Made by a program: the position numbers and the translations under genes
NCBI RefSeq assembly: GCF_000181795.1
Contig: NW_003526944.1
Coordinates: 4,570,646 to 4,619,444, forward strand
DNA: 48,799 nt
Direction: 5' to 3'
DNA from: Trichinella spiralis
Lineage: Eukaryota
Notes under the pieces: generated by a model
What the model saw: only the letters and a program-made list of their open reading frames with translations
The model's database searches: none
What the model was told of the DNA's origin: nothing
Shown: positions 36,801 to 48,799 of the stretch, in pieces
Layout: each line of letters starts with the position of its first letter
Position numbering within the stretch: the first letter of the stretch is position 1

Positions 36801-37940
36801 TTGTCGTCTGTTGCTCATCCGTATGAATTGGCTATTTCAATTTAAATTGAGCAGAAAACAAATGTTCCAAAAATAAGAAACTACCGTTGTAACAATTTTG
36901 TGCAAGAAGAAGAAAAAATATGCAAACGATAAACAGAAACAAGTCAGTTGCAGCAGGAAAGAATGAGAGAAAGATTGACAGATACAAAGAGAAAGATGCA
37001 AACGATGATAAGGATTCTAGTGCACGTATGAATTGCATCCATCTATAAATTATTTTTATTAAAAATGAATTCCACCATTTATACTGACATGACGTTATAA
37101 ATACATGCACACTGCAAATTGGGGTTATCGTTGCTGAGAAAAAAAATGGCAAAGGAAATTGACCTCAACGAGAAATGTCAAAAAAAAAGAAAAGTAACAA
37201 AAACACGAAATCAAGCACTAATAATATGTGCTTTGTTTGCTCGTTGGTTTTTATGTGTGAATTTTTTATTGCTTAAAATAGAGAGAGAGAGTGGAAGAGT
37301 GGAATCATTTTTCCTCTACCAGTTTGAATTGTAATTTTTAAAAATTCATTCACACTCGTCCATGATGATGATGATGATGATGGCATTTCCCTTCTTAAAC
37401 AAACATGCAATCGAGCAAGCAAGCAAGCAGCTTGTTTATTCTAACAAAACGCCAGCTTTGACAAGTTAGTTAGTTAGTTGACCCAACTGAGCTAAATGGA
37501 CTAAGTAATAAAGTAGTGTAGTGTAGTGATTGAACACACTGGGAGTGCTGAATTAACAAAGCAAAACAGTCGACTATGAGCAGATACGATTTCACAAGTC
37601 AGCTAGGCAGTTGTTTTTCATTTTTTTGTTTTCTAATGGATATATATATACATACAGATAAGATACTTGGCTATTTTAAGCAACGCTAGCAGGGTGAAAA
37701 TCAACAACAACAACAACAACAACAAACATTACTACTCACCACAATTGGGAAAAACGGTGCGATGCAAGCGAACAACGTCGCCCCAAGGAAATAAGTGATG
37801 CTGAGTACACAGAGCACCATCAAATTGCTCTTCGACCAAATTGGCACCGGGGTTGCTTTTTTCCCAACATTTGCGGTATCCACACTTTTATCGTTCATCG
37901 AACTCATCTTGATCTCAACGGTCGACTTTTCGCCGGCCAT
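33827..37940 (-). CDS. SLC18B1: MFS-type transporter, SLC18B1-like (vesicular polyamine/amine transporter family); first exons 37940-37740, 36067-35972, 35907-35834, then further short exons to 33827
   Basis: IAPFFPIVARGRGASETEIGLVFG..SPLCGKY..G.KFMF..GLF, RAFEGVGSAA, FPGKVAT, FFDPTLAPHL, GLLFL..Y...SPLVG, GPVPYL, GAFVGPTLGGLLVDLIGFPW; about 12 hydrophobic segments over GT-AG exons. Confidence 0.85.
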
Positions 37941-40638
37941 GCTGCTTCACTTATTAGCTAACCACCATCCAACTGGCTAACTAGCTCGCTTCTGACACAC
38001 ACTAACTTCTCTTCGCCAGTCTCTTCCACTGACCCAACCAACCGGTGCCGTCTTTTATTGTCCAACGCCCTGTATGTTGTTCTGTTTTTTCTTTTCTGTT
38101 GTTTTATTATTACTATTATTATTAATATTATTAATAATATTATGATCCTCGTTTGAGAACAATGGATAACCGATTCTGCTTGGCTAATCTCAGCTACAGT
38201 TCCAATTGGTCAATTGTGTAAATTAGCCTGAAAGCGCCAACGCTGTGCCGATTGTTCAACTGACGACAGGTCATCAAATGAAGAGAACACCGACCGGTGA
38301 ACGGCGTTTCTGCCAGCAACAACAATAACCAGTGTGTTGTCGTCGTCGTCGTTATCTGTCATTTGAATCGTCAAAAAGTGATCGTCATTTCGACGATCAA
38401 AATTATCTGCGCTCAGGTACATTTTCAAATTTTATTAGCATTTTTTTCAAAATTATGTATAAAAAATTTTTCTAAAAATTAAAATAAATTTTAAAACATT
38501 TTTAATGTTAAATTAATTTTGAGAATTATTAGGTTTATTATATTGTTTTTTTCACGAGTGCGCATGCGAGATGATTTTCAAAGTGAAAATTTTCAATCCA
38601 CGTATCCGCCGACCCGGTTCCACCCCACCGTATCAAACGGAATTGCATGTCACTTTGAACGTTCAATCCAACCTCGTAACGTAAAATAATTTGAATTTAA
38701 ATTGACAGCCAGTGACAGTTTGAAATTTTCAAAAATAAACGTTTGTCGGGTATTGTTTGAACTGCGATGAGCGGAAATTCGACATTGTAAGTGAACTTTG
38801 AAAAAATGTAATTTTTGTAAATTTTTTTTGTGAAATGAAAAGTATTACAATTTTTCAGCACATCAAATACTGCGCATATGGTCGTTTAATTGTTATGTAA
38901 AGGAAACTTGTTTTCTCTTTTTCTGCTTTACTTCAAGTGCTCAATTATTTATTGATGAAAATTAGGTACTTATTATGTTATACTGTACGTAGGCTGGCAA
39001 AATAATTTGAATTCCATCAAGCTTCAATTTTCTATTGGTGGTCAAAACTTATCTTTAAAAATTAATTTCAACGATGGATAATGTTCGCCAATAACTTTTC
39101 CGCGTGCTCATTTGAACAGCTCGCTCTGTGTGTTCTATGTAAATTGTATCAACAGCTATCAGCGTTGCGTCCGTTGGTTTTGATTGATGTGTGCTATCAG
39201 TTATTTGATTTTAAATTGTTAAAGCTTTCTGGTTTTTTATTTCTCACTAGAATATAAATTCCAATTTCGTACCTTGACGACATGCGCATTCATCCATCAT
39301 GCAACGTTCGCTCAACAACATGCTTAACAAATTTGCTGTTCGTGCAAGTTCAGCATAAAAAGAGTTCCACACACACTGAGCACTCTTCGTCCATCTGTGT
39401 TGTTTTCATATTAATGATGAAGTGGTGAAAAAATTTTCCTGGACTGATGTAGCAAATTGACGTCATAAAAATTTCGCTCTATAACATTAACTTGGTGGCA
39501 GTATTTTTCAGTAGAACAACTCAATAGGTAGTCAATTTGAACTGAAAATTGTTAATTACGTAAATACGTATCAAAAATATAGTTTCTATTGTTTAAAAAT
39601 AGTCCGTGTAATATAGTTTTAACATAAAATGCCTTGCAAAGTACGATTTGTTCAGCAAGAAAGTGTACTTAAGAAAATGGAAAATTTTTTAATTAAAATT
39701 ATGCTCAAGTTAATAAAAATGAGTTTCATCTTTGTAAATGGTAAACTTTCTCTGGAAATCCATGCTTAGCAATATGTAATGGAATGGAACTTTTGAAAAA
39801 TTGTAAATAATGCTTGACTTTCAGTTTGTAGTTTTTTTGTAGCATTTTTGGAGTTTGTGAATAAATGTTTGTCAAAAATTTCACTTTTGCTTGCTATCCA
39901 AATATGTAAGTTTATATTTATTAATTTTTAAATTTGTTATCAATATCTTCCCAGTTTATTCTTGTTTACTTTCTGATGTAGTTATTCGTGACGTTTTATT
40001 TAAGGGGTGGAATGCAATTTAAGTTCAGTTGTCATTAGTGTATCACATGTTGTCTGAGTGGACTTTTTCCTGTATAGCCTTGGCAGTAACACTTTAACAT
40101 ATTCCGATTATTTCTTTGATGATGTTTAAACCGTTTAGAATAAGCAAGCGAGTCAAATTAGTTTGTAAACCATTTTACAAGTAGCACTGTAGGTGAAGTG
40201 TAAATATTTACCAATTTCCGCATGCTTAATCGATGTTTGCATGTTGTAAAAAAATTATCAGTTAGGTTTTGTAAAGTTCATGCTGTTTTCAAATTGAAAG
40301 TATCATTTTTCATATTCGCGTTTATAAATAAAATCAGTTTTGGCATAGCTGAAAAACAAGCTGAAACGCGAATAAATGAGATGAATGTTGCTGTCAAAGA
40401 CTATATGATGATTGATTGAGCTTTTGCAAAATTTATATTGGCATTAAATTTCGTGAGTATAAATGTTTTCTTTTTACAAGGTAGCGTATGTCAGTATTGT
40501 TTATAAAAATTCAACACAGAAATTGAATTTGTTTCAATAGATAGTATGAGGAATACTGTATATGTTTTTATTAACATATGTTTCATTTTTGTAATTTTTA
40601 AGCCTTTTCTTGGCGAAAAATGCAACATAGCCAACGTT

Positions 40639-41880
40639 TGTTCTGGACGGAACGGCACCGACCTCGTCGGTGTGACCCACCCGTGAGTTGGTGCGCACCG
40701 GGTGGGTCAGGAACAATACGCGCTCACTGCCCGGTAGATCACTATCTCGGCGTTTATGGACCCGGGGTCGGGGTCATAAGAGGCCCCTTTCGGTTAGCCG
40801 AATAACGGCTTCTTGCGCAAACAATTCTGGCGGCGGGTCATCAGATGACCCGGAGGAGCGGCCGTTGCAACGGAGCCGCTAAATGGCCAACGGCGCCGTG
40901 GACAAAGCGGAGATCAAAGGATCCGAACCCTGGTAGCCTACTGGCAGCCAACGGTAATTTAGATCGGCGCCGCAGATGGCGCGCACTCCTCGCGGCGAGC
41001 GAGCTGCCCATTGGCGCTTCGCGTTAGCCACCCGCCGAGCCCCTGACCCCGGGGCTCTATGTATGACTATGGAGAGTGCCGCCGCGTATAGTGGAGTAGT
41101 AACAAGGAACGAGTATTGGTGAACGATAACGATACAAGCCATCCACGAATCGAGGACCCGAAGATCAACATACGTCCGAGAAGGTGACGCATATTTATAC
41201 AGTCCAGTGTCATTTGCCTGCCTGGCGAACGTCTAACAAATTGTACCTGAGCATCACTTACCGACTGCTGAACTCGTCGGTACATTTTGGTCCTCCGAGC
41301 CGGATTCGAGTCGAAACTACGCTACCTACGGATAGAGAAGGCTAATGGCGTCCACTGCGAAGGCCCGTTCCTAGAAGCTCAGCGCCAACAAGAACCGGTT
41401 TACTAGGCTATTGGCGGAGCTTGAAGAATTGTGCTTGGGGTCAGCCGACGTTTATGAAATCTAGGAGCAGCTCTCTATTACGGAAGAGCTCTACCGCGCG
41501 TCAGACGCACTTCAGGCCCAAGTAGAGCAAGACCTGGAAGGAGAAGAACATCAGCACGCGGCAGACGACTGGAGAAGGTGTCGAAGGCTCTTCAGGTATT
41601 GGACAAGGATCCGTTCACTGGCCACTTCCCAGTGAGCGAGGCCGTGATGCCGATGTTGAGGGAGAAATTGCCCCCTGCCCTGCTAAGGGCATGGGACATG
41701 AAGATAGGGTCCGATTCAGAAGAAAAGGAAGTTCTTTGAGTTCGCTCAACGGCAGGCGAACTCGCTCGCTACGCCCATGGAAGAGGACATGAAGGTGTCT
41801 GTGATAAGGACAGAGTGCAGAACGTCCCCAAGGAAATCACCGCACACCAAATGGAACGACGGTGGCCGCATCACGTCGTT
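40639..41880 (+). mobile_element. Truncated BEL/Pao-type LTR retrotransposon: 5' LTR (about 40639-41284, TGT...ACA), PBS 41288-41309, decayed gag from 41345
   Basis: Abrupt GC-rich block starting TGTTC and ending GGTACA, followed by TTT and TGGTCCTCCGAGCCGGATTCGA (PBS). Next comes ATG MASTAKARS*KLSANKNRFTRLLAELEELC..EI*EQL.. with in-frame stops and LREKLPPALLRAWD, a BEL gag-like segment. No pol or 3' LTR seen. The left LTR boundary is approximate. Confidence 0.75.
41288..41309 (+). other. Primer-binding site complementary to the 3' end of tRNA-Tyr
   Basis: Reverse complement is TCGAATCCGGCTCGGAGGACCA, resembling the T-arm/acceptor end plus CCA of metazoan tRNA-Tyr (from memory); it lies 3 nt after the LTR ...ACA end. 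Confidence 0.7.
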
Positions 41881-41889
41881 GCTTCTTCT

Positions 41890-43370
41890 GCATCTGTTTC
41901 CGATCAATTACCTGATACATAACCTACGCGGGTAGCTGCTGCTGAAAGTAATGAATTTACATGCACATCTGGTCGTGCTTGGACTACCACAGTGCCTTCT
42001 GCAACGCAGACACTTTCACATAATTTATTACGTGAGATGTTTGCGGTGCTTAGAACTACATCTGGTATTCAATGCCCTGGAGATGCTTTAAAACTGCTCA
42101 TCACTCCCGCAATGGTGAACTTGATAGTCCAGAACACAAATAAGAAAGCGGAAAAAGTCAATCCATAAGGAGTGGAATGAAAATCATCCCGATGCGTTGA
42201 AATCGTGGAAGCCAACCGATGAAGAAGAGATAGATGTATGCATTCATTGGTTTGTTTATCATTTCCGGTATTTTCAAGTCATCCGATGAATCGGTACCTG
42301 AACTTTGGTCTGTGAATAACGGAAGACGAATTGTTCGATCCGTAATGACGGAAAACAGATTTAAAAATCTGCTGACATTTTGCCGATTTGATGAGATCAC
42401 CAGTACAAAAGCTGCGCAAGTGAAAAGGGACAAAGAAGCTACATTTCGCGATATGTGGACAATGTTTCAAACAAATTTGAAAAATCTCTACAACCTATCT
42501 GCATTCTTGACTGATGAAAGAGCAGCTTGTGTCAACGCGCGGACGAAGCAGATTTCCAACCGTCAAATACAAATACAATGCATGCGATACAAACCGGCAA
42601 ATATGGGATAACAATATTTTGGTATTGTGATGGCGAAACATCGTACCCTTTGGCCGAAGAAATTGACGTGGGCAGATAGCCAGGCCGGAAAGCACGAATG
42701 GATGTTGCTGATGTGGTGAAACGGTTTTAGTGATACCCTGATGCGGAAAAGGAAGAAATATAACAATGGATAATTTTTTTACAAGCATACCATTGGCGGA
42801 AGATCTATTGTCTAAGAAAACGACGATTGTGGGAACATTGCGGAAGAACAGAAAAGAAGCACCATCAGCGAAATAACCGAAGATATGACTCGAAAAATGG
42901 ACTGGTCATTATTTTATTTCCGTCGACAGCTCACTCCTGTAAGCTACATTCTGAAACGAAAGAATTGCGTACTGCTGTTGTCGACGATGCACTACGATGA
43001 AGCAGTACGAGAAAATCAACAAGGAAAGCTGGATCTTGTACTGTTTTATAATGAAATGAAATCCGGTGTGGCTACTCTAGATCATCTTGTAAGCGTAGCA
43101 TCCAACGATGGCCAATGGTTCTCTGGTCTGTGAATAACGGAAGACGAATTGTTCGATCCGTTATGACCGAAAACAGATTTTAAAATCTGCTGAGATTTTG
43201 CTGATTTGATGAGACCACCAGTACGAAAGCTGCGCAAGTGAAAAGGGACAAACAAGCTGCATTTCGCGATATGTGGATTCTGCTTTGGATTGCGCTGTGT
43301 GGCTGCATATGTTATATGGACATGTAAAAATCAAAATTATAACGCCCGAAAGTCATAACTGTAGATGTAA
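41890..43370 (+). mobile_element. Decayed piggyBac-family (PGBD4-like) transposase relic
   Basis: Fragments [95 protein letters not shown], broken by frameshifts and stops. The GGVD-type third catalytic Asp reads GVA. No TTAA/TIR ends identified. Confidence 0.85.
42306..43277 (+). repeat. 154-bp direct repeat, copies at 42306-42459 and 43124-43277
   Basis: Both copies run TGGTCTGTGAATAACGGAAGACG...CGCGATATGTGGA; about 9 substitutions by manual comparison. Confidence 0.9.
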
Positions 43371-43754
43371 AAGACAAAACGATACATTTATACCTGATCA
43401 TCATTTAGCACCGTACTGTATCCCTTGTTTTTGAAGATAATCAGAATTGAACGAACTGTGAGTGTCGTGAACAGTTTGCGTTTGTCATTCTGTGTCCATT
43501 TTCGTTGCTTTCCCAAGTTTGACCTTTGAAACCTTGTGTTATTCTGTTTCCATTACGTGTGAGTAGATATTATTATATTACTCGAGTGATCTAGGAAACG
43601 GAAGAAGAGGTTGTGGTAGGAATCGGTATTGTTTAAGCTCTACGAAGGACAATCATTTAACGGTTGTTCTTGCTTAACTGAATTTCGTAAAATGCGGTAA
43701 GAACTATAGAGGAAGCCTTACGTGATTGTCACTATTGAATTTTTTTCTACAGTA

Positions 43755-45092
43755 GATTATACATGAATGAATTCTACAAAAGAAATGAAGAGTTACTGTT
43801 TGCGAAGCCGTTGGAAATAGACACAACAAGAGGAACGATATTTCTTGCCGTAAAAAGAGATTCCCCTTACGAATTTGCTAGCGGTCGCAACAGATTGCGC
43901 ACCGGCAATGGTAGGTTGCCACCGTGGATTCATCGCATACCTGAAAGACTCAGTGCCGGATGTACTGGCGGTGCATTGCGTAATTCAAAGACAACATCTA
44001 GTTGCAAAGCACTTTACTGAACGTTTGCACTGCTCTTTGGGATACGTCATGGCGGCAATAAACAAAATCAGAAGCATTCCTTTAAATGACAGATTATTCA
44101 GCCAGTTAGTTGTACGAACAAAATGACGAAGAATTCAGTCGCACACTGAAGTCCGGTGGTTATCGAAAGGTGCTTCTTTAAGTCGCTTTTATGAGCTTTT
44201 TGAAACCATTTTGGAATTCTTTCAAAACAAAGACCCTTCACTGAGAGACAGCTTGAAGAAGTGCAAAAGTGACATGGCATATATGGCTGATTTATTTTCC
44301 AAGTTTAATAAACTTAATCTACAACTGCAAGGAAGCGAACTTCATCTAATAAAGACGAGATCTGTCACTTCATCCTTCACATCAAAGCTGGCTTTGTTCA
44401 AACGCAACCTTGGGAGTAGAGAATTTTATCAATTTCCAAGCGTTGCTGCACTCAGGGAAAATGGATGAGTACACGACGATGACATTCAAATCTATTGTGA
44501 TCATTTAGATGTTCTACAAAAGGACATGCAAGAACGATTTCAAGATATTCTCAAAATGAAGATTCCAAATTGGGCGATAGACCCATTTTCAAACACTGAT
44601 GAGGTCGAAATGGAATTAGAAGAGTAATTAATTGATTTACAAACCAATGAAATAGTTAAAGCCGAAGTTTAAGAACGGATATCATTCTTTCTGGTTGCAA
44701 AAACAAATATCTGACCTCTATCCCAGTTTATGGAGAATAGTAAGAAAGTTCCTACTCGCTTTCTTATCTTCCTATTTAGTTGAACGTGGCTTCAGTGTGG
44801 TCACTGATTTTCTAACAACTAAAAGAAGCCAACTGCAAATCGCCAAACGTGGTAATTTACAACTGTTCCTTACCAACATTGAACCCAATGTAGACGGATT
44901 AGTCGCAATGCACCAACTCCATCCATCACATTAATTATTTGCTCACTGTATGATTATTTTTGAAAGAACACTCGATTTGAATAAACAGTCTGTTTGAAAA
45001 TTCATTATTTTTTTGACAATAATTTAGGGGGGCGTTTGAAAAATATATGTCTTTCAAGGGGGAGATAGCCTGAAAAAGTTTGGGAAACACTG
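43755..45092 (+). mobile_element. 5'-truncated, decayed hAT DNA transposon (Buster/Charlie, ZBED5/SCAND3-like transposase) with intact right TIR 45077-45092
   Basis: EELLFAKPL, ATDCAPAMVG, VHCVIQRQHL, HTEVRWLSKG, AYMADLFSKFNKLNLQLQG, FLSSYLVERGFS, ..HPSH* (44934), with stops and frameshifts. The end AGTTTGGGAAACACTG is the reverse complement of the Charlie-type TIR CAGTGTTTCCCAAACT and is followed by an NNNTANNN flank (CTGTAGAA). Confidence 0.9.
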
Positions 45093-48000
45093 CTGTAGAA
45101 GGCTGTTTTTGATGGAGTGTGGCAGAAATTTAATGGATATTAGTCTTCAAAGGGTTAAATATGATTATGTTTTCCTATATTTTATGTTTTACACCATAAT
45201 ATATTATTATATAAATATTTGAATCTTTGTATGCATGTTTTGGCTTTTCGTTTCTGCTGCAGATTTATAGCAGACTTGTGAAATCTTTTCGAAAATGAAG
45301 TAACAACGTAAACGTTCATTTCATGTTTTTCACAGAACAGATTTTATTCATCAAAATTATTATTATTTTTCTGTGTTTAGAGATTTGGAAGTTTTTGCAG
45401 TTTTATAAAATTGAATGGATACATTTTTTACAAAATTAAAATTTCAGTAAGATTTTATATTGTTGTTGTTGTTTTGTGTTGATTGTTGCTATTTAGTCTT
45501 GTAGCATAAATATTTAACCCATTACAGTAAAGCACGTTATTGTACCTGAATTCCCAATAATGCTGTATGAATAAATTTGATGGCTGTCATTGTTTTACTT
45601 TGCGATCTTGCCAGTCTTGTTGGTACTCAATATAGTTATGTACCCTACGACGTTACAAGTCTCACATGAGAAGCAAGTAAGAATTTGTGCATGTGACAAT
45701 TGCATTTTTACTTCTGTCATTTTTTTTATATGATGTGAATTGAGTGAAAAAAAATGATGATGCATGGATTCATAAAATTGAAGCAGATTTACAATAAATA
45801 ATGAAATTATTTCTTTTTCAACATTTATTATTATCATTGTTGTTGTTGTTGAAGAGGAAAAAATTTCTCGAGGGTGGGAAGATTTTGCGATTTTATGAAC
45901 TTTACACAGGGGTGAGTGGGTTGCTTGATTTTTTATTGATAATTGGAATAGTTGAAAGTAAAACAAATAGTAAAATTGGCCTACTGCTAATTGATGAGAG
46001 TGTTCGATGTAAATAAATGTTACCATAGGATTAGAAACATTTAAAAGCAGAAATTGCTTTATTCTGTTCAATTCAATTCAATTCAATTATATAGTAGATT
46101 TGTTAGTACGATTCATTGCTGTGAAATGCGCAATTTGAAAATTAGTGCACCACTTTAGCAGTTTGCAAAGTTATCATCGCATCATTGGCAAGTTTACAGT
46201 GTAAAGTGAAATATAAAAACGACCAGATGTTTGAGGTGCTCTTCGGATGCATTTATGCGGATGCGCGTTGAGCTTGTCAATAATAAACAAACTGCACTTG
46301 ATTAGTGTCACAATACCTGCCGGCACCGATTTTGCTCAACAAGGAATGCACAGTTGCTGAACGGAAAATTTGCTATCCATGCATCATTGACTTGTTTAAT
46401 TCACGCTGATTTGATTGATCAAATTTGTTCCTCTTGGAAAATATCCCATTATTGTGATGAAATTTTTTTAACAGAGCGCATATTGCAGCAATAGCACGCT
46501 GTTCAGCGCCACACACCTAGTTAAGTAAATTAGTCAAATATGTGAACATCCGTTGACACTGTATGAATGCAGATAATCAAATAGTTGAAAACTTTCATTA
46601 CATCTAACGCTATAATAGATATTAAAAAAGGGGACATTTGACATTTTCCATATCAGGTAAAGCAGCTCACAAACAATGCAAATCTAAAAAATGTTGACAA
46701 AGACACACAAATAAGATCAAAGACATTGGTTAGTCAGTCGAATATGTTAATTGTAGGTTTATTTACTTCACGAAAATATCAGGAAATGATTAATTGCACT
46801 TTTTATTTATAATTTTTTACTGAAAAAATTTCAGCATTCAATTTTCGAAAAACATCCTTTAAATTTATATCAATGTTACTTGCGCGTCATTAAAAGCATA
46901 CAGTTTTTAATTGATATCGAACTAATCTTTTTAATAATAATAGTAATGATTATAGTTTTATTTGATTATATTTAAAAAACATATTTTGCATCATCTCTTG
47001 GCTACATTTGCCTAACCTGCAGTTCAAATTATGTTCAATTTTAAATAATTCAAGCAGTTTAAAATAAGAGAAGGTGCGATGAAAAGGAATTTATCTGAAA
47101 TTAATGTGTCATTGCGTGGAATTTATTTGAATTTTTTTAGAACTGCATTGCGAATTAAGAGTCGAACAATAATAGACGTGCATTTGGAAAACGGTCCAGA
47201 ATAATAAATAATTAAAGTCGTGGCTTGTTCCTAGCTGTTTATTAGACTTTGAAAAGGCATTACGCTATCAAAGTTCTTCATTCTATCAAAGGTAATATGA
47301 TGTGCTATATGCATAATTCACTTGCTCATTTTTATACAACATATCAGAATGTTCTCTTCATGGTCAGTTAGCTATTCGGCAAATCAACGTGATGATCACT
47401 AGACAAGCTGAGCGTTCAATTCTACTCTTTAATATCATCGATAATTGAAAGGTAAGATTTTTTTACAACTGAGCTAAGCTTCTGTGCAGGTATAGTATAT
47501 TTGCAGGACTTGAGCAATATGTCTGTTGAAAACTAACATATTTATTTCAATTTCCTTCAGCTAACCTTCGGATCAGCTCACTCGATGCTTCGATAGGAAA
47601 TTGAATATCATATTAATGCATGTTTCATTTTGGTTGGTGAGAAATTTGCTAAAACTCCAATTTAGCAATATTGATATCTGTAAAAGTATTGTAAACAGCA
47701 ACATTGTAATAAACTTTGTAATCAAAACGAATCGTTTCGAATATATGATATTTCTGAACCGTTGTTAGTTATTATTGAATGAAATTGTTTAAATAAAAAT
47801 TTTCAAAATTATCAGAATTGCTTTAATGCATAAACAAAAGCAGCATCAATTTTGCTGAAGTTATACGATTTTTTTGGTGAGAAAATTTCTATTTATTAAA
47901 ATTATTTGCCATACACCCTTATCAAACTGTTTCAAATATTTCCATCTCTATTATCTAAATTCAAATAGCTTCTTTGTTATCCACATGAACAATATGTGAA

Positions 48001-48799
48001 CAAATGCGCCATCAGAAAGAAGTACTGGCGACAAAAATGTGGCAGATTTATTTACATGATTGCAGGATATACACGAATTTTCACTTTATGCAATTTATAA
48101 GCAACTCAATCTCCACTATGAGCATACGATTAATGATGAAGCATTGGATACTGTATGAGAAATGTAATTTCAGGGACAATTCAATTGCCGGGAAAATGGA
48201 AAGTATTGTTTTACAGAATAATAACAAAATAATCGATCTACTTTGCACGTAATTTTAGCGCATATTTTCTATATCATCATCAGTTGTTTAAACTTATTGA
48301 AACGCATTTTCAAAGTTATTTATGAATTATTGATTATTTAATGTGCCCTGCTTTTCTGAACGACTCAGCTGTAGCGACAAGGATAATAGTTGGTTACTCT
48401 ATTTTTGAATGTATTTCAAATACATCAGTTTTGGGGGAAAATCTTTTTATTATGTGTTTGCTAATTTTCAGTAAAATAACCTTGCAATATTTCAGATCAA
48501 CAGCATGTTCATCGTTCAGCTGCCGCTGATATTCAGGTATGCAAATTCAGTTGTAAAAGGGCGGCAATTTAGCTTGAAACAAAATCACTAACAAATCCAT
48601 AGACAATTATGGATGAACATTGATTTAAATCATAATAACACAACAGAAATGGAAAGGAATTTAGATTAACAAAGATCAAGAAGAGTCTGATAAGCATTCA
48701 TGACTCAAAAGGGAATTGTTCTACATTCTACATACAATACTTTATAAATTACAGTGAAATCGTAATAACGTTTAGCAGTTAGTAAAGTTTACCATAATG

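Noticed and set aside
43745..43752. TTCTACAG, the reverse complement of the 8-bp flank after the hAT TIR, as a left end or TSD
   Set aside because: TSDs are direct repeats, no left TIR follows, and the transposase is 5'-truncated; probably chance.
1..48799. Prokaryotic systems (CRISPR arrays, operons, rRNA/tRNA genes)
   Set aside because: No repeat-spacer array, rRNA or tRNA fold seen; the sequence is intron-rich eukaryotic DNA.

Overview
AT-rich eukaryotic genomic DNA with many short (about 50-100 nt) GT-AG introns. Gene content (Qua-domain Hog gene, cal-2/4-type calmodulin-like gene, set-26/KMT2E-type PHD-SET gene), intron size and the BEL/Pao relic point to a nematode, probably Trichinella or a relative (inference, not a database result). 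Nine spliced protein-coding genes were reconstructed by hand: GMPPB (5' end lies outside the window, +), a calmodulin-like EF-hand protein (-), a MAIP1/C2orf47 homologue (+), a flavin monooxygenase (-), a Quahog-like hedgehog-related Hint protein (+), a MINDY1/2 deubiquitinase (+), rabenosyn-5 (-), a KMT2E/SETD5-type PHD-SET protein (+) and an SLC18B1-like MFS transporter (-). At about 40.6-45.1 kb lies a cluster of decayed transposons: a BEL/Pao LTR with tRNA-Tyr PBS and gag relic, a piggyBac relic with an internal 154-bp duplication, and a hAT Buster/Charlie relic with one TIR. I found no clear evidence of a wholly new biological system. The best leads are the self-processing Qua-Hog gene, a 15-nt terminal coding exon that supplies the MINDY CaaX box, a ~130-nt fold-back carrying mirror-image poly(A) signals between two convergent genes, and a GC-AG intron in the FMO gene.
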